Translations under genes and position numbers: made by a program
Source: Myxococcota bacterium
Lineage (GTDB): Bacteria; Myxococcota; UBA4151
Length of the DNA: 23,414 bases
Direction: 5' to 3'
NCBI GenBank assembly: GCA_036338695.1
Contig: JAYZBQ010000074.1
Location: 1 to 23,414 of the forward strand
The notes under the pieces: model-generated
The model's database searches: none
What the model saw: only the letters and a program-made list of their open reading frames with translations
Told to the model about the DNA's origin: nothing
In this document: in pieces, positions 16,605 through 23,414 of the stretch
Numbering within the stretch: position 1 is the stretch's first letter
How the letters are laid out: each line of letters opens with the position of its first letter

Positions 16605-17029
16605 ACAAACGGGTGGGTCCAAGTACGGTAGGTGGCGGCTGGGGGTTCCCGGTGACGCCCCGCGGCGTGGCGACCGACCACAAGGTCCGAGACGCAGAGC
16701 CTGCCAGCTTTGATCCGCGCACCGCGCCGCTACCTGAGCATGGTGTACTCGAGCAGATCGATCCGGACCAACGGCGCAGGCAGCTGCTCTGGCAGCTCGA
16801 AGAGGAGCTGCCCGAGCCGACGCGGTTCGCTCAGCTCATGGCAGAGTTCATGGAGCAGGCTCGCCTCGATCTCGACATCGACTTGGACGACCCGAGCTTG
16901 TCAGAGGCGGAGGTTGAGCGGCTCAATCGCCTGCTTGCGGACGAGTCGGCGCTGATCGAGATGATGCGTCGCACCGAGCGGCTGCGGCTTGAGGTGCGGG
17001 CGCGCGCCGCGAGTGAGCGAGCCTCGTGA
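16601..17029 (+). CDS. Hypothetical protein, possibly T3SS-associated
   Basis: ATGA overlap with sctU and GTGA overlap with the next gene; Gly/Pro-rich N-terminus and helical acidic C-terminus. Confidence 0.7.
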   Translation: MNKRVGPSTVGGGWGFPVTPRGVATDHKVRDAEPASFDPRTAPLPEHGVLEQIDPDQRRRQLLWQLEEELPEPTRFAQLMAEFMEQARLDLDIDLDDPSLSEAEVERLNRLLADESALIEMMRRTERLRLEVRARAASERAS

Positions 17030-17472
17030 GCGTCGCACGGGACTTGTTGGACGGCCGAGTCACCCTCGCTGAGCTGCGTGGGTACCACCCTTCAGCGATC
17101 GCTGCGCTGTGTCATGATGCGCTGGCGCTGCATGAGAACGGTCGCACCGATGAGGCGATGGTGATGCTTCGGGGGCTGCGTGCCCTTGAGCCGGCGAACG
17201 TGCAGGTGCTGCGCCTGTTGGGGTTGATCCTGACGGAGCGCGGCGCGCACCGAGAGGCGTTGGGTTATCTCGACGACGCGCTCCGGGCGTCTCCGAGCGA
17301 TGCACGCTTGCGCGTGGCGAGGGCTCGGATTCGGCTGCAACTCGGTGATGGACGAGGCGCTGGGGCGGACCTGAGGATCGCCTGTGACCAAGCCGATGGA
17401 CCCGGTGGCCAGCACGCCGCTCTTTTCTTGAAAAAAATAATGGCTGAGGCCGCAACCCCGCGCCCCCTGTAG
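17026..17472 (+). CDS. TPR protein resembling SycD/LcrH class II T3SS chaperones
   Basis: LLDGRVTLAELRGY...ALALHENGRTDEAMVMLRGLRALEP parallels the SycD/LcrH N-terminal pattern; about three TPR-like helical pairs. Confidence 0.72.
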   Translation: MSVARDLLDGRVTLAELRGYHPSAIAALCHDALALHENGRTDEAMVMLRGLRALEPANVQVLRLLGLILTERGAHREALGYLDDALRASPSDARLRVARARIRLQLGDGRGAGADLRIACDQADGPGGQHAALFLKKIMAEAATPRPL

Positions 17473-17479
17473 CCGATAC
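17452..17479 (+). promoter_or_regulatory. Possible sigma28 (FliA)-type promoter
   Basis: -10 GCCGATAC (17472-17479) versus consensus GCCGATAA; weak -35 GCAAC 15 nt upstream; AT tract at 17423-17440. Confidence 0.35.
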
Positions 17480-17534
17480 CGCTTGTGAACAGAACGCAAA
17501 CCCGGGCGTGAAAAGCCCACGATAGGAGAAGAAG

Positions 17535-18632
17535 ATGGTCATTGGATCCAACTCCCTCGGTACCAATCTCAACCGTATGCTCGATAGCCTCGGCTACCCG
17601 GACATGGTCGGTGATCTTCAGGGCGCGAACGTCGACCTGATGACCGGAAACCTCGCGGGCTACTTCCGCAACATGCAAGACGCCTTCTCGGGGCTCCCGT
17701 CCCAAGGCTTCGACCAGATGCTCGGCAACCTGCCGAAGCCCTTCAGCATGCAGAGCCCTCGACGTGGGCTGGCTCGTAGCCGCTTACTGCACAGCAACAC
17801 CTACAGCAACGCGCTCGGCAGCACCACGACTGAGACCCGCGACCTGCGTATGGGGCGTAGCCGCCGCGCAGCCCGCTCCCTCGAGCGAGCGATTATGCGC
17901 AACCCGGCTTTCCGCAACCGCATGGAAGGCATGATCGGCGGGCGCATCGTCCTTGATGGACGCGCCGACGGTCGCTTGACCGTGGTGAAGCACCAGGCGA
18001 ACCCGGCAGCTCACATGGGCTTTGGCATGACCGCTGGCATGGCAGCGATGAACCCGCTCGCCGGGACCCTCTACGGCTCGCTCGCTCGGATGGACCAAGA
18101 TTTGGGTAAGTTGGTTGAACAAGCTGGTCGCAAGATCGGTAACAGCATCTTGGGTCAGCAAGGTACCGGGCAGTCGGACATCGGCAAGCTTGTGGGTCCC
18201 AACGCCTCGATTGAAGACAAGCTCGCAGCATTTCTCTTTACCCAAATGCGTGACGCCGACAAAGAGCTCGAAGGCTTGATGAAGAAGTACGAAGCGCTGG
18301 GTAAGAAGAAGAAAAGAGGCGGTCTCTTCGGCGGTATCAAGAGCTTCTTCAAGGGTGTTGGTCAGAAGCTGTTCAAAGCAGGCGGTGGCGCACTTGGTGG
18401 CATGATCGGGGGTCCTCTGGGTGCGAAGTTGGGTCAAGGTATCGGTGGTGCGTTGGGTCAAAGCGCTCTGGGCGGTAACAAGTCCAAGTCAGATACCGAC
18501 CACTCCAAGAGCGTGTTGAACTTCAAGATTCAGCAGGCGATGAATCGACGCAAAGAGATCCACGACCTGATCTCGAACATCCTCAAGACCATGCACGACA
18601 TGAGCATGACCTCGATCCGCAACATTCGCTAA
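17535..18632 (+). CDS. Putative T3SS-secreted protein (translocator/filament-like) with glycine zipper
   Basis: AGGAG RBS; no Cys, no Trp, no Sec signal; Gly-rich amphipathic segment; C-terminus ISNILKTMHDMSMTSIRNIR resembles T3SS needle/filament C-terminal helices; directly follows the chaperone. Confidence 0.6.
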   Translation: MVIGSNSLGTNLNRMLDSLGYPDMVGDLQGANVDLMTGNLAGYFRNMQDAFSGLPSQGFDQMLGNLPKPFSMQSPRRGLARSRLLHSNTYSNALGSTTTETRDLRMGRSRRAARSLERAIMRNPAFRNRMEGMIGGRIVLDGRADGRLTVVKHQANPAAHMGFGMTAGMAAMNPLAGTLYGSLARMDQDLGKLVEQAGRKIGNSILGQQGTGQSDIGKLVGPNASIEDKLAAFLFTQMRDADKELEGLMKKYEALGKKKKRGGLFGGIKSFFKGVGQKLFKAGGGALGGMIGGPLGAKLGQGIGGALGQSALGGNKSKSDTDHSKSVLNFKIQQAMNRRKEIHDLISNILKTMHDMSMTSIRNIR

Positions 18633-18654
18633 TCGAGTCCCCCTTGGGGAGGAT

Positions 18655-18691
18655 GCAGCACCCGGGCGATGCCCGGGTGTTGTTCTTTTTT
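18655..18691 (+). terminator. Rho-independent terminator
   Basis: Stem CACCCGGGC-GAT-GCCCGGGTG (extendable with G-U pairs) followed by TTGTTCTTTTTT, between convergent genes. Confidence 0.8.
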
Positions 18692-20024
18692 ACGAAGATT
18701 TCGAACGCATCTGCCCCACGGCGACGGCGACCCATCGGTCCCCGCTGAGTCGCCAGGTGCACAGCAGGGCACGCGCCGTGACCCAGGCGCAAACCGCCCA
18801 CCAGAGCCCCTGCAGCGAGTCACCGAGCACGACCAGAGCGATCGGGAACACCAGGGCGCTCGCAGCCACCATCTGCGCAGCAAGAAACCCTAGGTCGCCG
18901 GCGCCCTTTAGCAGTCCGTCGGCGACGAAGGCCGCGCTGGCAGGGACCGTCTGCGCCATCATGGGCAGAAGCAGAGTGGCGAACGCCATCTGCGCCACCC
19001 CGTCGAGCCCGATGAGCCGGGCGATCCCGCTCCAGCTGAGCGCCAAAAGCGTGCAGAGCACGACGCATAAGATGACGCTATGGCGCATCAGGCGCCAGCC
19101 GAGCGTGCGCGCTTGGTGGTGTTCGCCCGAGCCGATCAGCTGGCTACCGAACGCCGTGCCTGCATGGGCGAACCCATCGATAACAAAGGCGAGCAAGAGC
19201 CAAATTTGGAGAGCGAGACCATGTGCGGCGAGCTCGGGGGTCGAGAAGCGCTCGGCGTAGACCGAGCTGCCGACCAGCACGGCGTTAAGGAAGAGCCCGC
19301 GCCAGAGGGCTTTACCACCGAGCTGTACGCTGAGCTGGGTCATGGGGCTCAGCTCGAAGCGCCGAACCGCTCGCCTCCCAGCCGCTGAACGCCAGCCCCC
19401 CCAGCGCCCGATGGGGAAGCTCGCGCAGCCGACAGCGGTGAGCGCCGCCAGGCTCGAGCCGAGCGCCAAGCCCGTCAGTCCGAGCCCGAACCCAAAGACC
19501 AAAATCGCGTTGTAGACGCTGTTCGCGATCAGCGCGACCGCCATGACGAGGATCGGTGTCCAGACGGCGTGAAAGCCAGCCCTGAGGACGCCAAAGGCGA
19601 CAAAGCCTGCCATCTCAAAGGGTAAACCGAGGAGGCGGAGTTGGAGGTAATGGCGCGCACCGGAACCCGTGGCCTCGCTCTCGGTGATCGCCATCACGAC
19701 GTGCCCGAGGAGCCATCCAAGGGGCGTGACCAGAATCAGCCCGAGCCCGATGGCGAGCCAGAGAGCTTGACCTGCAAGCTGTGCAGCCTCATCGTCTTTT
19801 GACGCGCCCTTGAGGCGACCGAGGACGCCAGGGAATCCACCGATCAGCTGACCGCCGACCCAGCCGACGGAGCTAGCGATCCCGCCGCCGAGCGCAAGGC
19901 AGGCGAGGTCTTGCGTGCTCAACTGGGCGGCGAAGTAGGTGTCGACCAAGGCGATGAGCGGCTGTAGCGCCCCAGCGACCATGCTGGCGACGATAAAAGG
20001 GATCGGGAGCCGGGGGCGATCCAT
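18690..20024 (-). CDS. MATE family efflux transporter (DinF-like)
   Basis: Likely start ATG 20024 (MDRPRL...); QPLIALVDT, YLQLRLLGLP, LAAHG..LQIW..LAF.IDG and DGLLKGAGD motifs; about 12 hydrophobic segments. Confidence 0.88.
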   Translation of the reverse strand: MDRPRLPIPFIVASMVAGALQPLIALVDTYFAAQLSTQDLACLALGGGIASSVGWVGGQLIGGFPGVLGRLKGASKDDEAAQLAGQALWLAIGLGLILVTPLGWLLGHVVMAITESEATGSGARHYLQLRLLGLPFEMAGFVAFGVLRAGFHAVWTPILVMAVALIANSVYNAILVFGFGLGLTGLALGSSLAALTAVGCASFPIGRWGGWRSAAGRRAVRRFELSPMTQLSVQLGGKALWRGLFLNAVLVGSSVYAERFSTPELAAHGLALQIWLLLAFVIDGFAHAGTAFGSQLIGSGEHHQARTLGWRLMRHSVILCVVLCTLLALSWSGIARLIGLDGVAQMAFATLLLPMMAQTVPASAAFVADGLLKGAGDLGFLAAQMVAASALVFPIALVVLGDSLQGLWWAVCAWVTARALLCTWRLSGDRWVAVAVGQMRSKSS

Positions 20025-20028
20025 CGCG

Positions 20029-20844
20029 CTACAACCAACGCATGACGGCGCGCTGCGCACGCTCGACATAAGGTGCACCAAAAAGCGCAACGTGCGCGAG
20101 CAGGGGGTAGATCTGGTGCAGGCTGACGCGCTCTTCCCACCCGGCAGTCAAGGGGTAGACCTCCTCGTAAGCGTCATAGAAATCGGCGTGAAAGCCGCCA
20201 AACAAGTGCGTCATGGCAAGGTCTTGCTCTCGATGCCCTGTTGAGACCGCCGGGTCGAAGAGCACGGCTTGGCCCGCCGTCGTCACGGCGGCGTTGCCAG
20301 CCCACAGGTCACCGTGAAGCCAGCTCGGCGGATCGGGAAGCGCCAGGAGCTGGTCGAGCCTTGGGAGCAGGCGATCGAGCGCGCCCCGAAGTGGCTTAGG
20401 GCAGTGGGGGATGAGGGGCGCGAGGCGGTGGTCACGGTAGAGCTCGGACCAGGTGGAGCAGGGCGGTTGGTGCTGCGGCAGGGTTGCGAGGTAGTTGCTC
20501 TTTTGGCCGCCGAAGCGCTCCGCAGGCGCTCGGTGGACGCGCGCCAGCGCTCGCCCGAGCGCCCGTCCGGGTGCCTGATGGGCGAAGTCGAGCCACTCGA
20601 GCACCAGCGCGTGCGCTTCCACACGGACCACCTTTGGGCACAACTGCTCGTCGATCGCCGCGAGCGCAGCGAGCCCGTCTGCTTCAGCCTGAAAGATCCC
20701 TGGCGGCGGGTTCGGGTGCGTCTTGATAAAGAGGCGCTGCCCGCTGGCTGTGGTGCCACAGAACGCCTGATGAATATCTCCCCCGCTGACCGGTTGGAGG
20801 TCTGTGAAGGGACCAAGGGCTCGGACTCGATCATCGCTCGTCAT
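20029..20844 (-). CDS. Fructosamine kinase family protein
   Basis: Likely start ATG 20844 (MTSDDRV); VSGGDIH, FIK, FQAEADGL, LHGDLWAGN, FDPA..GHREQDLAM and LHQIYPLLAH motifs. Confidence 0.9.
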   Translation of the reverse strand: MTSDDRVRALGPFTDLQPVSGGDIHQAFCGTTASGQRLFIKTHPNPPPGIFQAEADGLAALAAIDEQLCPKVVRVEAHALVLEWLDFAHQAPGRALGRALARVHRAPAERFGGQKSNYLATLPQHQPPCSTWSELYRDHRLAPLIPHCPKPLRGALDRLLPRLDQLLALPDPPSWLHGDLWAGNAAVTTAGQAVLFDPAVSTGHREQDLAMTHLFGGFHADFYDAYEEVYPLTAGWEERVSLHQIYPLLAHVALFGAPYVERAQRAVMRWL

Positions 20845-20923
20845 GCTCGCAACATCGGCCCGTAGGGGCGCGACGTAAAGAACAGGACTTGCAGACCGCA
20901 TCCGATGCCCGCACAAACCACCT

Positions 20924-22330
20924 ATGCTGACCTTACTTTTACTCGCCGTGGGAACCGACGCTGGGTCGCAACGCGGCGACACCTCGCCGCCGCCGTCAAC
21001 GAAGGCTACCCCCGTTACCAACGACGCCGGTCCGGAGTCGGTCACGCCCATCGTCGAGCAACCAGCCGCCGAGCCGGAGCAGGGGATCGGTCCGGTAATC
21101 ACCGTCGAGCTTGTCGGTGGGATCACGACGGTGGCGAAGGAGTTTCTGGCGGAGGCGCTCGAGCACGCAGTCGAAAAACGGGCGCAGGCGCTGGTGATCC
21201 GTCTCGATACGCCAGGTGGGTTGTTGTCTGCGACACGCGAGATCGTTGCGTCGTTCCTCAAGTCGGACCTGCCGATCGTGGTGTGGGTGGGCGAGAGCGG
21301 CGCGCGAGCAGGCTCTGCGGGGGTCTTTATCACGATGGCGGCGCACGTCGCAGCGATGGCGCCCGGGACCAATATAGGCGCCGCGACACCCGTCTCCGCC
21401 TTCGGTGGCGACATCGAGGGGGATATGGCGAAGAAGGTGACCAACGACACCGTGGCGTGGGCTCGCTCCATTGCGCAGCTGCGCGGTCGGAACGCAGACT
21501 GGGCAGCCGAGGCGGTCTCTGAGGCGGCTTCGATCCCGGAGCAAGAGGCGCTCGAGAAGAACGTGGTAGACCTTATTGCGCGCACCGAAGATGTGCTCGT
21601 GCGGGCGCTGCATGGGCGCGTGGTCAAGCTCCCGGAGCGGCAGGTCAGCCTCAACACCGAGTCGGTCGTCGTGATGCCCTACGAGATGAGCGCACGGCAA
21701 AAGCTTGTCCAGTTCTTAGCGAACCCCAACCTGGCCTACATTCTTTTACTCGTTGGCCTGTTTGGCCTCTTTTTAGAGTTCAAGGCGCCGGGGCTGATGG
21801 TGCCCGGTGTAGTCGGTGCGACCTGCCTGGCGCTGGTGCTCGGGGTCCAGGTGATGCCAGTCAACTGGCTGGGCGCGCTGTTGTTGGCGGCGGCGGGCGT
21901 CTGCTTGGTCGCCGAGATCTTTGTGCCAAGTTTTGGGATCCTGACCGCGGTCGGAATGACCTGTTTTGTGCTCGGGTCGTACCTCCTCTTTGATGTGCCC
22001 GACTCGGACTTCCGAGTGGAGCCACTGTTGATCTGGGGTGGAGCCCTTGGGTTTACGTCGCTGGCATTGGTCATCGGCGGGTTGTTGTTTCGATCCATGC
22101 GGTCGGCCGCTTCGACAGGGAAAGAGGCTCTGGTCGGGCTGTATGGAGAGCTGGTCTGGCCGATCGCTGGCGAGGAGCCAGGGCGCGTCGAGCTCAAAGG
22201 GACGACCTGGCGAGCGGTCGCCGATCAGAACCTGGCAGCCGGAGCGCGTGTTCAGGTTGAGGCGGTCGACGGCGTCACGTTGACCGTGGTCGCCGCACCG
22301 GATGATGAGGAAGAGAAGGAGGACGGATGA
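20924..22330 (+). CDS. nfeD: NfeD family membrane-bound serine protease
   Basis: [13 protein letters not shown] (catalytic Ser), [21 protein letters not shown] (Lys), TM bundle and C-terminal OB-fold (G.V...GTTWRA). Confidence 0.92.
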   Translation: MLTLLLLAVGTDAGSQRGDTSPPPSTKATPVTNDAGPESVTPIVEQPAAEPEQGIGPVITVELVGGITTVAKEFLAEALEHAVEKRAQALVIRLDTPGGLLSATREIVASFLKSDLPIVVWVGESGARAGSAGVFITMAAHVAAMAPGTNIGAATPVSAFGGDIEGDMAKKVTNDTVAWARSIAQLRGRNADWAAEAVSEAASIPEQEALEKNVVDLIARTEDVLVRALHGRVVKLPERQVSLNTESVVVMPYEMSARQKLVQFLANPNLAYILLLVGLFGLFLEFKAPGLMVPGVVGATCLALVLGVQVMPVNWLGALLLAAAGVCLVAEIFVPSFGILTAVGMTCFVLGSYLLFDVPDSDFRVEPLLIWGGALGFTSLALVIGGLLFRSMRSAASTGKEALVGLYGELVWPIAGEEPGRVELKGTTWRAVADQNLAAGARVQVEAVDGVTLTVVAAPDDEEEKEDG

Positions 22331-23088
22331 CCGTACCTATTTTATTGTTTCTGGGGATTATCCTCGTCGCTGTGGTCAGCGGCGTGCGTATTCTCAATGA
22401 GTATGAACGCGGTGTGGTGTTTCGTCTGGGCAAATGCATCGACGGCGTCAAAGGTCCGGGGCTTGTGTTGATTATCCCGTTTGGGATCGACCGTATGGTG
22501 AAGGTCGATCTGCGGGTGGTGACCATGGACGTGCCCACTCAGGACGTGATCACGCGCGACAACGTCTCGGTAAAGGTCAACGCCGTCATCTACTTCCACG
22601 TCGTCTCGTCGCGTAACGCGATCTTGGAGGTGGAGCACTACCTCTACGCGACGTCGCAGCTTGCTCAGACCACGCTGCGTTCGGTCTGCGGTCAGCATGA
22701 GCTCGATTACCTGTTGACGGAGCGAAAGGCGATTAACACGGCGATTCAAGACGTACTGGATCGGGAGACCGATCCGTGGGGCGTTAAGGTGAACAACGTC
22801 GAGGTCAAGCAGATCGACCTGCCTCAGGAGATGCAGCGAGCGATGGCGAAACAAGCCGAGGCTGAGCGCGAGCGACGCGCCAAGGTGATCCACGCGGATG
22901 GTGAGCTGCAGGCGGCGACCAAGCTCAAGGAGGCGGCGGACCATATGGCGCAGAACCCGGTCACGGTTCAACTCCGTTACCTTCAGACCCTGAGCGAGAT
23001 CGCTACCGAGAACAACTCGACCACGCTCTTTCCGGTCCCCATCGACCTCTTCAACCGCTTCACAAAGACGCCTGACAGCAGCGAATAG
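22327..23088 (+). CDS. Slipin/stomatin (SPFH, band 7) family protein
   Basis: [14 protein letters not shown]...[38 protein letters not shown] and QLRYLQTL motifs; overlaps the nfeD stop. Confidence 0.95.
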   Translation: MTVPILLFLGIILVAVVSGVRILNEYERGVVFRLGKCIDGVKGPGLVLIIPFGIDRMVKVDLRVVTMDVPTQDVITRDNVSVKVNAVIYFHVVSSRNAILEVEHYLYATSQLAQTTLRSVCGQHELDYLLTERKAINTAIQDVLDRETDPWGVKVNNVEVKQIDLPQEMQRAMAKQAEAERERRAKVIHADGELQAATKLKEAADHMAQNPVTVQLRYLQTLSEIATENNSTTLFPVPIDLFNRFTKTPDSSE

Positions 23089-23223
23089 GCGGTCGAAGCA
23101 CGGGGCTCCAAAGCGAGGCGCAGCGGACGCAACGACCGCGCGCGCTAAGCAAGCAGCCTTGCGCCCTTTCTTCGGCGTAGCCGGCGTCGCCGTCTGCGCA
23201 GCAGGAAAATGGTTGGGATGGCC

Positions 23224-23252
23224 TTGAACGGAGAAAAAAACCTGTCTAAGGG
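23224..23252 (+). promoter_or_regulatory. Possible sigma70-type promoter for nqr
   Basis: TTGAAC-N17-TAAGGG upstream of nqrA; the -10 lacks the conserved final T. Confidence 0.35.
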
Positions 23253-23318
23253 GGGGCGCTAGTCCACGCGCTGAGCGCGTGTGCGCACGCGAGGCGTCCA
23301 TCCCTCGCTAGGAGAGAC

Positions 23319-23414
23319 ATGAGCGATTTTGTGCTGAAGGCTGGGTTGGACTTGCCCATCGCTGGCGGTGTCCAGAGTGCCGCCGTTGAGACGTTGGCGG
23401 CACCCTCCCACGTG
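23319..23414 (+). CDS. nqrA: Na+-translocating NADH:quinone reductase subunit A, 5' end (partial)
   Basis: AGGAGAG RBS, then MSDFVLKAGLDLPIAGGVQ..., matching the NqrA N-terminal KxGLDLPIAG motif; only 32 codons visible. Confidence 0.75.
   Translation, partial: MSDFVLKAGLDLPIAGGVQSAAVETLAAPSHV

Noticed and set aside
20845..21657. N-terminal extension of the 542-aa ORF 20029..21657
   Set aside because: It overlaps nfeD antisense; kinase homology begins at about 20844.
20924..23088. nfeD-slipin pair as a novel system
   Set aside because: A well-known, widespread operon.
22342..23301. 319-aa - strand ORF and similar antisense ORFs (6647..7396, 12306..13196, 14292..15314, 17784..18461)
   Set aside because: Each lies antisense to a better-supported gene and has no recognisable motifs.

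Overview
GC-rich (about 60-65% by eye) bacterial chromosomal segment. It looks myxobacterial or bradymonad-like (Myxococcus-type Cys-rich repeat protein, DUF1585/DUF1501 cluster) and is probably marine (nqrA starts at the right edge). Left to right: 5' part of an FMN-binding glutamate-synthase-family gene (- strand, missed by the ORF track); cutA; a 460-bp AT-rich gap between convergent genes with two perfect 17-bp palindromes and an IHF consensus; an EEP-family lipoprotein; a four-gene exported operon (cytochrome c lipoprotein, DUF1549/DUF1585-like CxxCH protein, lipoprotein, Tat-exported DUF1501 protein); rmuC preceded by a PafBC/RecA-NDp-like motif; a 19-repeat DUF4215 lipoprotein with a nidogen-like head; an M48 peptidase divergent from a tightly packed run of three AIM24/TIGR00266 genes, a YtnP-like MBL hydrolase, sctU/flhB, an unknown gene and a SycD/LcrH-like TPR chaperone; a Cys/Trp-free protein with a glycine zipper and a T3SS needle-like C-terminus plus terminator; MATE; fructosamine kinase; nfeD-slipin; start of nqrA. 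The most interesting items are the detached type III secretion mini-module with its candidate secreted protein, the heme/DUF1501 operon, the orphan regulatory island and the PafBC-like promoter. All family calls come from motif recognition, not database searches.
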